The translations under genes were made by a program, and so were the position numbers. Below, one piece after another: positions 37,608 through 47,135 of a stretch of 64,000 nt of DNA (the first letter of the stretch is position 1; every line of letters begins with the position of its first letter). Source of the stretch: Candidatus Deferrimicrobiaceae bacterium (lineage in GTDB: Bacteria > Desulfobacterota > Deferrimicrobia > Deferrimicrobiales > Deferrimicrobiaceae); NCBI GenBank assembly GCA_963792415.1, contig CAWBVY010000004.1, positions 384,001 through 448,000 of the forward strand. Direction: 5' to 3'. The notes beneath the pieces are model-generated. The model saw only the letters and a list, made by a program, of their open reading frames with translations. It was not told where the DNA came from and did no database searches.

Positions 37608-38464
37608 CCCGGAAAGGTCCCCCGCTGGGGGCGCACGTTTCCGTGGCCGGAGGGGTCCACACGGCGCCGGAGCGGGGCAGGAAGATCGGCGCCGACGTCG
37701 TCCAGATCTTCTCAAAGCAGAACACCCGCTGGATGGGGAAGGCCCTCGAGGAGGAGGACGCCCGGGCGCTTCGCGAGGAGAGCGATCGCACGGGCGTCCG
37801 CGTCGCGGCCATCCACTGCGCCTACCTCATCAACCTCGGTTCCACGAAAGAGACGGTCCGGACCCGTTCCCTCTACGCGCTCGAGGACGAGGCGTCGCGC
37901 GCCGCCATGCTCGGCGTGCCGTACCTGGTGATGCACCCCGGCTCGTGCGGCGACGACCCGGTGGAGGAGGGGATCTCCCGAATCGCGTCGGCGATCCGCT
38001 CGTTCGGGAAGTTCCCGCGAGGGGTGACGCTGCTCCTCGAAAACACGGCAGGCCAGGGAAACTCGATCGGCCGAACGATGGGGCAGCTTCGGGAGCTGCT
38101 CGACGCCGCGGGGAATCCGTCCGACGTGGCGGTGTGCCTCGACAGCGCCCACCTCTTCGAGTCCGGGTACGACATCGGCACGGCGGCGGGGTGGGACGCC
38201 CTTCTCGCGGAGATGAGGGAGGAAATGATCCTCCCCCTGGTCCGGATGTGGCACCTGAACGACTCGAAGACGCCGACGGGAAGCCGCGTCGACCGGCACG
38301 AGCACATCGGAGAGGGGCGGATCGACGCCTCCGCCTTTCGCCGGATCCTCAACCACAAGGGGTTCTCGGCGCTGCCGATGGTGCTCGAGACGCCGAAGGG
38401 CGAGGACGACGAGTTCACGATGGACCTGCGCAACCTCGCGGCGCTGCGCAAACTGATCGCTTAG
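37604..38464 (+). CDS. nfo: Endonuclease IV
   Basis: LGAHVSVAGG, YLINLGS, HPGS, LENTAGQG, CLDSAH, HLNDSK, DRHEHIG, LETP. Confidence 0.93.
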   Translation: MTRKGPPLGAHVSVAGGVHTAPERGRKIGADVVQIFSKQNTRWMGKALEEEDARALREESDRTGVRVAAIHCAYLINLGSTKETVRTRSLYALEDEASRAAMLGVPYLVMHPGSCGDDPVEEGISRIASAIRSFGKFPRGVTLLLENTAGQGNSIGRTMGQLRELLDAAGNPSDVAVCLDSAHLFESGYDIGTAAGWDALLAEMREEMILPLVRMWHLNDSKTPTGSRVDRHEHIGEGRIDASAFRRILNHKGFSALPMVLETPKGEDDEFTMDLRNLAALRKLIA

Positions 38465-38490
38465 ATTAATGGGGTAACGTAGACGCAGGG

Positions 38491-38529
38491 CGCCCCACTA
38501 CGAGCGTCGCGCCAGTGGGGTACCCCCGC
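38491..38529 (+). repeat. ~38-bp palindromic repeat family B, copy 1
   Basis: CGCCCCACTACGAGCGTCGCGCCAGTGGGGTACCCCC; related copies at 61810 and 62517. Confidence 0.8.
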
Positions 38530-38549
38530 AACCGTATAATTGGGGGGCA

Positions 38550-38669
38550 CAGCGGGGGGGGGCCACCCAGCGGCGTATGGAGCGAGGCGGGGATTGCGTC
38601 GAGCGGAATCGCAGTGAGCGGGCGAAGATCGCGAACGTAGCGGAGTGGAAGCCCCCCGCGAGCCCGAAG
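38550..38669 (+). repeat. ~120-bp MITE-like structured repeat family A, copy 1
   Basis: Near-identical to 56990-57108; complementary termini GCGGGGG...CCCCCCGC. Confidence 0.85.
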
Positions 38670-38715
38670 TCTGAATATGTATTGTCGTATTTGTGAAGGG
38701 GGAGAAGGGGAGACG

Positions 38716-39306
38716 ATGGATTTCGAGACGATCCGGGAGCTGGCCAAGCACCACAAGCAGAGCTTCGGGCGCATCCTCAAATGCGAGATGTACAAGCTCG
38801 AGGACGGCCGCCTGCTGGCGATCACGCGCCTTCACGACGATTTCCACGACATGAACCTTGCGATCCTCCTCTCCGATTCCTATCGCATCGAGGAGATCGC
38901 GGGAAAGATGGATCGCATTCCCCAGCCCTGCTGCGAGACGAAGCCCCTGGAGATGCTCTCGTCCCTGAAGGGGATCGCCGTCCTGGAGCGGGGCGGGATC
39001 AAGAAGGTGAAGGAGCGGATCCCCCGGAACATGAGCTGCACGCACATCTACGAGATGCTGGAGTCCACGTTCCGGTCCATTTTCGTCGGGAGCTACAGCA
39101 TCCTCGGCCAGAAGTGGGATGGAGTGCTCACCCTCGAGATGGAGGAGAACCGCCAGCTCGGGATCCAGTCCCCGGTGCTGGCCGACACGTGCTACGCCTT
39201 CAACCTCGAATCGGCCGATCCGGTCATCCTCGAGCGGGCCCGGAAGAAGGTCGAGGAGGCCCGCCGGAAGATGGCTGCGATCGAGGCGGTCAAGCGGGGC
39301 GGGTAA
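38716..39306 (+). CDS. DUF2889-like protein
   Basis: LHDDFHDM, MDRIPQPCC and SCTHIYEM motifs, DTCYAF. GGGGAG RBS. Confidence 0.65.
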   Translation: MDFETIRELAKHHKQSFGRILKCEMYKLEDGRLLAITRLHDDFHDMNLAILLSDSYRIEEIAGKMDRIPQPCCETKPLEMLSSLKGIAVLERGGIKKVKERIPRNMSCTHIYEMLESTFRSIFVGSYSILGQKWDGVLTLEMEENRQLGIQSPVLADTCYAFNLESADPVILERARKKVEEARRKMAAIEAVKRGG

Positions 39307-39336
39307 TACTGGCGCGCTAACGGGAAGGGGAGATCC

Positions 39337-40443
39337 ATGGGCTCTGAGCGGCAGGTGCGGCGGCTGGCGGAAACGCTGGTACGCCATTCGGTGAAGGCGA
39401 AAAAAGGGGAGACCGTCCGGATCTCCACCGGCGAGCTTGGCCGTCCCCTCGCGCTGGAGGTCTACCGGGAGGTGTTGCGGGCGGGGGCCCACCCCCTGCT
39501 CTCCGTGGGGTTCGAGGAGGCGAACGCGATCTTCTACGAGGAGGCGTCCGCGGAGCAGATCGCCCACATGCCGCCCACGAAGATGCACGAGGCGAAGACG
39601 ATCGACGCCGACATCGTCATCCTCGCCCCCGGCAACACCCGGCACCTATCCCACATACCCCCGCGGAAGATGGCGGACCGCCGCAAGGCGACCAAGCCGA
39701 TCTCCGAGGTGATGCTGCGCCGCGTCCGGTGGGTCCTCACGAATTTCCCGACGGAGGCGCTCGCGCAGGAGACGGACCGGTCCCTGCCCGAGTACGAGAA
39801 ACTGTATTACCGGGCCGTGGAGCAGGACTGGGCCGGGATGTCGCGGATGTTCGCCCGGGCGAAGAGGATGCTCGAGAAGGCCGACCGGGTCCGGATCACG
39901 GGGAAGGAGACCGACCTTTCCTTCTCGATCAAGGGGCGCACCGCGATCCCCTGCGCCGGCGAGTTCAACATGCCCGATGGGGAGATCTTCACCGCGCCCG
40001 TCGAGACGTCGACCGAGGGGAGGATCTTCTTCGAGTTCCCCGCGATCGCCGGCGGGCGGGAGGTGGCGGGGATCCGCCTGACGTTCCGCAAGGGGCGGGT
40101 GGTGGAGGCTTCGGCGGAGAAGAACGAAGGGTACCTGAAGGAGATGCTCGCCGCCGACCGCGGCGCCTCCGTCCTGGGCGAGTTCGGCATCGGGGCGAAC
40201 GCGGGGGTGACCTCCTTCACCCGCGACATTCTTCTCGACGAGAAGATGGGTGGGACGATCCACCTGGCGATCGGCCGTTCGTACCCCGAATCGGGGGGGA
40301 GGAACGACTCGGCGGTCCACTGGGACATGATCAAGGACCTGCGCGCGCAGGGCGATCTCCACCTCGACGGGGAGCCGGTCCTGCGGACGGGCGTCCTGTT
40401 CGGGAAGACGCCGAAGGGGATGCGAAAGCCCCGGTCCTCCTGA
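39337..40443 (+). CDS. Thermophilic metalloprotease M29 aminopeptidase (AmpS/AmpT type)
   Basis: NMPDGEIFTAP, LGEFGIG, LLDEKMGGTIHLAIG, SAVHWDMI. Confidence 0.9.
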   Translation: MGSERQVRRLAETLVRHSVKAKKGETVRISTGELGRPLALEVYREVLRAGAHPLLSVGFEEANAIFYEEASAEQIAHMPPTKMHEAKTIDADIVILAPGNTRHLSHIPPRKMADRRKATKPISEVMLRRVRWVLTNFPTEALAQETDRSLPEYEKLYYRAVEQDWAGMSRMFARAKRMLEKADRVRITGKETDLSFSIKGRTAIPCAGEFNMPDGEIFTAPVETSTEGRIFFEFPAIAGGREVAGIRLTFRKGRVVEASAEKNEGYLKEMLAADRGASVLGEFGIGANAGVTSFTRDILLDEKMGGTIHLAIGRSYPESGGRNDSAVHWDMIKDLRAQGDLHLDGEPVLRTGVLFGKTPKGMRKPRSS

Positions 40444-40478
40444 AACACCGCCTGCGGATTCTTCTCGGAGGAGAAACG

Positions 40479-40991
40479 ATGAACGAACCCGGAGCGAGCG
40501 TGGCGGCCGAGGAGTCGATCCCCGATATCCCGACGCGGATCCGCACGGGCCTGGAGGCGGGGTTCTGGACGTCCGTAAAGATCATCAAGGTGTCGGTCCC
40601 GCTCTATGTGGCGGTCACGTTGCTGAAGGAGACCCCGTTTATCGAGATGATGGGGAAGGTCTTCGCGCCGGTGATGGGGATCTTCGGCCTTCCGGGCGAG
40701 GCGGCCTTCGCCTTCGTCGCCGCGTTCCTCCTGAATATATACGCCGCCATCGCGGTGATGGTGCCTCTGCACCTTACCCCCTTCCAGGTGACGCAGTGCG
40801 GCCTGATGATGGGAATCGCCCATAACCTCGTGGTGGAGGGAGGGGTGCTCTCCACAACGGGCGCGCGCGGCGGGGTCCTCACCCTTTGCAGGCTGGTCAT
40901 CGCCTGCGCGGCCGGCCTCCTGCTGCGCGGGCTCTGGGGCCTCTGGGAAACCGCCGCTTCCTGGGCGATGACGCTGCCGGGGCTTTCGTGA
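40479..40991 (+). CDS. Nucleoside-recognition (Gate) domain membrane protein, part 1
   Basis: FAPVMGIFGLPGEAA...NIYAAI...HNLVVE pattern; GGAGG RBS. Confidence 0.7.
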   Translation: MNEPGASVAAEESIPDIPTRIRTGLEAGFWTSVKIIKVSVPLYVAVTLLKETPFIEMMGKVFAPVMGIFGLPGEAAFAFVAAFLLNIYAAIAVMVPLHLTPFQVTQCGLMMGIAHNLVVEGGVLSTTGARGGVLTLCRLVIACAAGLLLRGLWGLWETAASWAMTLPGLS

Positions 40992-41422
40992 TGGAGGTTC
41001 TTCTTCAATCCCTCCTGGGGGCCCTGGAGCTTTCCGTCAAGCTCATCCTCATCATCGTGCCGCTGGTGACGCTCTTCGAGGTGCTGCGGCACCTCCCCGT
41101 CTTCCGCCGGGCGGGAAACGTCGTGGAGCCGATGATGCGGGGAGTGGGGCTCACGCGGGACGCGGCGGTTCCCCTGTTCACCGGGATCTTTCTCGGCATC
41201 GCCTACGGGGCGGGGATCATCATCCGCGTGGCGCAGCAGAAAGGGCTCCCCGCCCGGGAACTCTTCCTGATGGGGCTCTTCCTCGCCACCTGCCACTCGG
41301 TGATCGAGGACGTCCTCGTCTTCGTGGTCATCGGGGGGAACGGCCCGGCGATCCTCGGCGTGCGCCTGGGGCTGGCGGTCTTGCTGACCGGACTGATGGC
41401 CCGTGTCTGGAAGCCGGTTTGA
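40991..41422 (+). CDS. Nucleoside-recognition (Gate) domain membrane protein, part 2
   Basis: GIFLGIAYGAGII...CHSVIED; TGATG coupling to the previous gene. Confidence 0.7.
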   Translation: MEVLLQSLLGALELSVKLILIIVPLVTLFEVLRHLPVFRRAGNVVEPMMRGVGLTRDAAVPLFTGIFLGIAYGAGIIIRVAQQKGLPARELFLMGLFLATCHSVIEDVLVFVVIGGNGPAILGVRLGLAVLLTGLMARVWKPV

Positions 41423-41490
41423 ACCGCACCACCCTCCGGGATCATCCATTGAAAAGGTTCGGAACAAGGGAAATCGCGGGGGAGAGAAGG

Positions 41491-44139
41491 ATGAAGACGC
41501 GGAATCGGACGCACTGGCTGCTGGGAGCGGCTCTGTTCGCAATGATCGCGGGGGGACCGACTCCCTCCGCCGGGGAGGAACCGTTGGTCGAAACCTACGT
41601 TCTAGGCAACGGGCTGACGGTCGTGATCCGGCCGAACCCGTCGTCTCCGGTCGTGGCGGTGCAGGCGTGGATCAAGGCGGGCAGCACCACGGAAACCGAA
41701 GCCCGCGCCGGGATGTCCCACATCCTCGAGCACATGGCGTTCAAGGGGACGAAGCGCCGGGGGCCCGGGGAGATCGCCCGGGAGGTCGAGGCGGTGGGGG
41801 GCGAGATCAACGCCTACACGAGCTTCGACCAGACGGTTTACCACATCACCCTCTCCGGGCGGTTCCTCGAGAACGCGCTCGACATCCTCGCCGACACGCT
41901 CGGGAACTCGGTCTTCGACCCCGGGGAGCTATCGCGGGAACGCGAGGTGATCCTCGAGGAGGTGCGGATGAACGAGGACGATCCTGGCCGGGTCGTCTCC
42001 AAGGCCCTCTTCCGGGAGGCGTACAAGGTCCACCCGTACGGGCGCCCCGTCATCGGCTTCGTCGACACGATCCGGAAGACCACGCGCGAGGATCTCCTCG
42101 CCTACTTCCACGCGAACTACGTCCCCGGGAACATGGTGCTCGTGATCGCCGGGGCGGTGGACCCGAAGACGTCCCGGCCGCTGATCGAGAAGACGTTCGG
42201 GCGGCTTCCCGCCGGTTCCGCGCCGGAAGTCCCGAGGCCGGTCGAGCCGCCGCAGGGGGAGACCCGGGCCGTCGTCAAGGAGAAGGACGCGCGGCGCGCC
42301 TATCTCGACATGGGATTCCACGGCCCCTCGATGAAGGACCCGGACGTCTACGCCTGGGACCTTCTATCGATGATCCTCGGCAGCGGGGAGACGTCGCGGC
42401 TCTACCGTGGCGTCAAGGACGGGAAAGGGCTGGTCGACTCGGTGAGCGCCTCCTCGTACACTCCCCGGGATCCGGGTCTCCTGTACATCGGCGGAACCTT
42501 GTCGCCCGAGAAGGCGCCGGCGGCGTTGAAGGAGATCCTCCTCGAGACGTTCCGCTTGACGGCCTCCCCCCCGGAGGGGGCGGAGCTGGCGCGCGCCAAG
42601 ACCGCCACGGAGACCGACTTCCTCTTCTCCCTCGAGTCGGCGTCCGCGCTGGCCCGCCACGTCGGATTCTACGAGACCACGCTGAACGACGCGGCGTTCG
42701 AGCGGACGTACCTGCGCAAGATCCGCGCGGTGACCGCCGACGACATCCAGGCGGTCGCGAGGAAGTACCTTGCCCCCGGGAACCTGACCGTTTCGGCCGT
42801 CCTGCCCGTGGGAAAGGGGGGGATTCTTCCGGTGGAGGAGGTCCGCGCCATCGCGCGACAGGCGTTCGCGGAGGCGACCGCTCCGGCCGCGGAGACCGGG
42901 AAGAAGCGGACCGTGGTGAAGGAGGTCCTCGCCAACGGGATCCGGGTGATCGTCCGGGAGAGCCGGGCCGTCCCGGTGGTGGCGGTGCAGGCGGGCTTCC
43001 TCGCGGGGGTGCGCGGAGAGCCGAAGGAAAAGGGCGGCGTCGCCAGCCTCACCGCGGGGATGCTCGTCAAGGGGACGACGCGGCACACGGCGCAGGAGAT
43101 CGCCGAGGCGGTGGAGGACATGGGGGCGGACCTCAACGGCTACTCGGGACGCAACTCGTTCGGCCTCCAGGGGAAGTTCCTCCAGCGCGACTTCGAGAAA
43201 GGGTTTCGCCTGTTCGCCGAATCGCTGCTCGAGCCGACCTTCCCGGCCGAGGAGCTCGAGAAGAAGCGGATCGAGACGCTGGGAGCCTTGAAGCAGCAGA
43301 AGGACCAGCTGGCGCAGGCGACCTTCCTCCTGTTCCTGGGGGCGCAGTACGGCGACCACCCGTACGGCAGGAATCCCCTCGGCACGGAGAACTCGGTCCG
43401 CGCGATGATCCCCGCGGACCTGAAAGCGTATTACGAGCGGTGGGCGGATCCGCGGAACATGGTGATCGCGGTCTCCGGGGACATCGACGCCGGGGAGGCG
43501 GTCGCGGCGGTACGCAAGGCGTTCGGGGAGATGCCGCTTCGGCCGGGGTACGCGGCGCTCGGTGCATTGCCGGTCCCCTTGCACGATGCGGTGGTGAAGG
43601 TGGAAGAGGAGCGCGACAAGCAGCAGGCGCACTTCGTCATCGGCTATCCGGGTGCGCGGTTCACCGACCCGGACCGGTACGCGCTCGACGTGCTGGGGTC
43701 GGCGCTCGCCGGGATGGGAGGCCGGCTCTTCGTGAACCTGCGGGACAGGAAGTCGCTGGCCTACTCGGTCACCTCGTTTTCCTCGGAGCAGGTGGACCCG
43801 GGCTTCTTCGCCTTCTACATGGGGACGAGCGCCGACAAGCTGGACGGCGCGATCGCCGACACCCTCGCCGAGATCGCCGACGTGAAGAAGGGAGGCGTTA
43901 CGCGGGAGGAGTTCGAGCGGGCGAAGAAGTGGATGATCGGAAAATACGAGATCGGCCTCCAGAGCAACGGCTCCTACGCCGACAAGATGGTCTACAACGA
44001 ATTGTACGGGGTAGGATACGAGGAGACGTTCGCGGCTCCGGAGAAGATCGCGGCGGTCGGCTTTTCGGACGTGAACCGCCTCGCCGCCTCCGTCCTCGAC
44101 CCCGACGTGTACACGATCGCCGTCCTCCGGGGGAAGTAG
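41491..44139 (+). CDS. Secreted M16 family zinc peptidase (pitrilysin-like, two-domain fusion)
   Basis: Signal peptide, HILEH inverted zincin motif, NAYTSFD; the second M16 domain lacks the motif. Confidence 0.92.
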   Translation: MKTRNRTHWLLGAALFAMIAGGPTPSAGEEPLVETYVLGNGLTVVIRPNPSSPVVAVQAWIKAGSTTETEARAGMSHILEHMAFKGTKRRGPGEIAREVEAVGGEINAYTSFDQTVYHITLSGRFLENALDILADTLGNSVFDPGELSREREVILEEVRMNEDDPGRVVSKALFREAYKVHPYGRPVIGFVDTIRKTTREDLLAYFHANYVPGNMVLVIAGAVDPKTSRPLIEKTFGRLPAGSAPEVPRPVEPPQGETRAVVKEKDARRAYLDMGFHGPSMKDPDVYAWDLLSMILGSGETSRLYRGVKDGKGLVDSVSASSYTPRDPGLLYIGGTLSPEKAPAALKEILLETFRLTASPPEGAELARAKTATETDFLFSLESASALARHVGFYETTLNDAAFERTYLRKIRAVTADDIQAVARKYLAPGNLTVSAVLPVGKGGILPVEEVRAIARQAFAEATAPAAETGKKRTVVKEVLANGIRVIVRESRAVPVVAVQAGFLAGVRGEPKEKGGVASLTAGMLVKGTTRHTAQEIAEAVEDMGADLNGYSGRNSFGLQGKFLQRDFEKGFRLFAESLLEPTFPAEELEKKRIETLGALKQQKDQLAQATFLLFLGAQYGDHPYGRNPLGTENSVRAMIPADLKAYYERWADPRNMVIAVSGDIDAGEAVAAVRKAFGEMPLRPGYAALGALPVPLHDAVVKVEEERDKQQAHFVIGYPGARFTDPDRYALDVLGSALAGMGGRLFVNLRDRKSLAYSVTSFSSEQVDPGFFAFYMGTSADKLDGAIADTLAEIADVKKGGVTREEFERAKKWMIGKYEIGLQSNGSYADKMVYNELYGVGYEETFAAPEKIAAVGFSDVNRLAASVLDPDVYTIAVLRGK

Positions 44140-44205
44140 CCGTAACTCCGGACCGCGGATCGCCCATGACTCCGTAACCCCCCGCCCGTTAGCGGGGAAC
44201 GACGG

Positions 44206-44239
44206 AAGGGGCTGCATCTTCGGATGCAGCCCCTTTTTT
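44206..44239 (+). terminator. Rho-independent terminator
   Basis: AAGGGGCTGCATC-TTCG-GATGCAGCCCCTT-TTTT. Confidence 0.85.
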
Positions 44240-44453
44240 CATATCATGGTCGATATCCTTCGCTGTCCCGCGGGTGATAGCAATCGCTTGCTCCGGCCGG
44301 AAAAGATTTTCGGCGTTCAATCCATGGATGCTGATCGATGGATGGCGATCTTGACGCACTGCGGGTATCATGTTCCCTGAAGGTCCTGGCCGGGCACGCG
44401 TGGCGTGATCGACCCGCGGACAGGAAAGCCCGGTCCTCGTCCACAAACCACAG

Positions 44454-44469
44454 CGGCACGCAATGTGCT
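44454..44469 (+). promoter_or_regulatory. sigma54 (-24/-12) promoter for the RND operon
   Basis: CGGCACGCAATGTGCT, with GG-N10-GC spacing. Confidence 0.6.
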
Positions 44470-44541
44470 AATTCATCGTGGAAACCGTGGTTGTTGCATA
44501 TGGTGCGACAAATCGTTGCGCGCTGCGCCAAGGAGACGAGG

Positions 44542-45948
44542 ATGCCCCGATCCCCCCGATGTTCTTCCGTTTCCGCCCTGTCCGGGGCGGCGCTGCTCCT
44601 CCTGGCACTCGGTTTTCCCCTCCCTCCCTCCGTTTCGGCGATGGAGTCGGTCGATTTCTCCGAGGCGGTCGCCCGGGCATTGTCGAACAACGCCTTTGTC
44701 CAGGCGGCGGAGGAAGAGGCGACCGCCGCGCGAAGCGACGCGGACGCGGCCCGCGGGCACCTTCTCCCTTCCGTGCGTTTCAATGAGAAATTCATCCGCA
44801 CGACCGTTCCCGCGGAGGCGTTCGCCCTCAAGATAAACCAGGAAAAACTTCTCTCGTCGGATTTCGCCGATGTGAGCAACTTCAACAGTCCTCCGCCGCG
44901 CAACGACTTCGTCGGCACGCTTTGGCTCGAGCAGCCGATCTTCTCCCCGAAGGCGTACCTGGGATACGGGATGGCGAAGGTGGAGGCGGACGCAAGGGGC
45001 CAGGACCTCTACCGGCGGAAGGAGGAGGCGGTCTACCGGGTCGTCGCCGCGGTCCTCGACGTCCTCACGGCACGGCAATACATCGAGGTTGCGGACCAGG
45101 GCCTCTCCGATACGCGGGAACACCTGCGGATCGCGGAGAATCTCGAGGCGGAGGGGATGGGGCTTGCCTCCGACGTGTTGCGTGCGAAGGTGGCGGTCGC
45201 CTCCGCGGAAGGGGCGAAGGTGACGGCCGGGAGCCGGCTGGAACTTGCGCGCCGCAGGCTCGCGCTAGCGATGGGCGAGCCGGGGGCGCCCCCCGTGGAC
45301 GTCATCGGACCGCCCCCGGAGTTTCCCGATCCCGGGACGCCCCTGGACACCGAGGCCGGCACAACCGCCCGGGCCGACCTGCTCGCCTCGTCGCTGCGGG
45401 TCGCGAACGCGGGGAGCAACGTGGAGCTCCGGAAGTCGGGGTACCTGCCCGAGGTCGGCCTCGCCGGGGGGTACCAGGTGGACTCCGAGGATTCTCCCTT
45501 CTCCCCCGACAACCGATCCTGGACGGTGGCCGTCGGGCTTACCTGGAACCTCTTCGACGGGATGCGGCGTGAGGCGGAGGTGGGAAAGGCCGCAGCAGAG
45601 CGCCGCCGGGCGCAGGCATACGACCGCGGCGTGCGGGATCAGGCGGCGTTCGAAGCCGCGCAGGCGGAGCTGGGCGTGAAGGAGGCGACGCTTCGCGCGG
45701 AGATCGCGCGCGCCGCTCTCGCGTCGGCGGAGGAGGGTGTGCGGCTGCTCACGTCCCGGTACGAGAACCGTCTTGGCCGGATGGTGGACCTCCTCGATGC
45801 GCAGACGGCCCTCGACGGCGCCCGCGCCGCGCGGATCCGCGCGGAGAACGACGTGCGGCTCTCCCGCGCGCAACGGTTGTACGCCTCCGGCGGGCTGCTC
45901 TCCCTGGTGGCGCCGAATGAGGAAAAAGGGAAGGAGAAGATACGGTGA
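44542..45948 (+). CDS. TolC family outer-membrane efflux protein
   Basis: Signal peptide, two OEP repeats (LLPSV..., YLPEV...WNLFDG, RYENRLG..VDLLDAQ). Confidence 0.88.
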   Translation: MPRSPRCSSVSALSGAALLLLALGFPLPPSVSAMESVDFSEAVARALSNNAFVQAAEEEATAARSDADAARGHLLPSVRFNEKFIRTTVPAEAFALKINQEKLLSSDFADVSNFNSPPPRNDFVGTLWLEQPIFSPKAYLGYGMAKVEADARGQDLYRRKEEAVYRVVAAVLDVLTARQYIEVADQGLSDTREHLRIAENLEAEGMGLASDVLRAKVAVASAEGAKVTAGSRLELARRRLALAMGEPGAPPVDVIGPPPEFPDPGTPLDTEAGTTARADLLASSLRVANAGSNVELRKSGYLPEVGLAGGYQVDSEDSPFSPDNRSWTVAVGLTWNLFDGMRREAEVGKAAAERRRAQAYDRGVRDQAAFEAAQAELGVKEATLRAEIARAALASAEEGVRLLTSRYENRLGRMVDLLDAQTALDGARAARIRAENDVRLSRAQRLYASGGLLSLVAPNEEKGKEKIR

Positions 45949-47135
45949 ACGAGACGACGAGGGTGCTTTCGTTCGGGGCGCGTGCCGCGTCGGCGGTGGT
46001 GATCCTTTCGATGGCTGCGGGGCTTTCCGCCTGCGGGGAAAAGGGAAAGCCGGGGACGGCGGTTTCCCGCCCCGTGGTGCAGGACGTGGAGGTGGTCGTC
46101 GTCCGTCCGGTCCCGCGGGAAACGATGGCGGAAGCGCTGGGGACGGTCCGGGCGCGGACGACCGCCGCGGTGGCGCCGCAGGTGATGGGGCGTCTGACCG
46201 GCGTCGCGGTCTCGGAAGGTTCCGTGGTGGCGGCGGGGGCGCTCCTGGCGACGATCGACGACACGACGGTCCGCGCGCAATACTCCGCGGCGGAAGGGGC
46301 GGTAGCGGAAGCGGAGGCGGCACGCGAGGAGGTCGACGGGGCAATCTCCCAGGCGGAGGCCACGAAGAGCCTCGCGGAGAAGACGTTTGAACGGTACCGG
46401 AAACTGCTCGAAGGGAAGGTGGTCACGCAGCAGGAGTTCGACGAGGTCGAGATGCGTCGAACCGTGGCGGTGAAGGAACTCGAGCGGGCGCACCGGAAGA
46501 GGGTGCAGGTGAGCGCGAAGATCGCCCAGGCGAGGGGCCAGGCCGACGCGGCGAAGGCGATGCTTTCCTGGACCCGGGTGATCGCCCCCTTCGCCGGGGT
46601 GATCGTCGAGAAGCGGGCCGACGTCGGATCGATGGCCGTCCCCGGCGTTCCTCTCTTCGTCCTGGAGGATCCGCGCGGTTACCGCATCGAGGCGTCGGTA
46701 TCGGAGACCTACCTCCCGTTGCTCAAGAAGGGAACCGCGGTCCAGTGGATCCTTGACGCGGACCCCGGGAAACCGTTCCCGGCCGTCGTCACGGAGGTCG
46801 TTCCCGAGATCGACCCGGCGACCCGCACGTTCACCGTGAAGGTGGATCTTCCCGCGGGCCCGGCCCGGTCGGGCCAGTCCGGGAAGGTGCGCTTCGCAGC
46901 GGGGAAGGGGACGGTCCTTGCGGTCCCGAAACGGGCCATCACCCGCGCAGGCGGGTCCGACGGCGTGTTCACGGTCGGAGCCCTCGACAACGTGGCGCAC
47001 CTCTCGATGATCACCCTTGGCGCGGAGTTCGACGACAGGGTGGAAGTCCTCTCCGGCATCGAAGACGGGGCGCGGGTCGCCCTGTCGCCGATCGACAGGC
47101 TCTCCGACGGGGCGCGGGTGGAGGTCCGCCGGTGA
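45945..47135 (+). CDS. RND periplasmic adaptor (MFP) lipoprotein
   Basis: LSAC lipobox, [22 protein letters not shown]. Confidence 0.9.
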   Translation: MNETTRVLSFGARAASAVVILSMAAGLSACGEKGKPGTAVSRPVVQDVEVVVVRPVPRETMAEALGTVRARTTAAVAPQVMGRLTGVAVSEGSVVAAGALLATIDDTTVRAQYSAAEGAVAEAEAAREEVDGAISQAEATKSLAEKTFERYRKLLEGKVVTQQEFDEVEMRRTVAVKELERAHRKRVQVSAKIAQARGQADAAKAMLSWTRVIAPFAGVIVEKRADVGSMAVPGVPLFVLEDPRGYRIEASVSETYLPLLKKGTAVQWILDADPGKPFPAVVTEVVPEIDPATRTFTVKVDLPAGPARSGQSGKVRFAAGKGTVLAVPKRAITRAGGSDGVFTVGALDNVAHLSMITLGAEFDDRVEVLSGIEDGARVALSPIDRLSDGARVEVRR

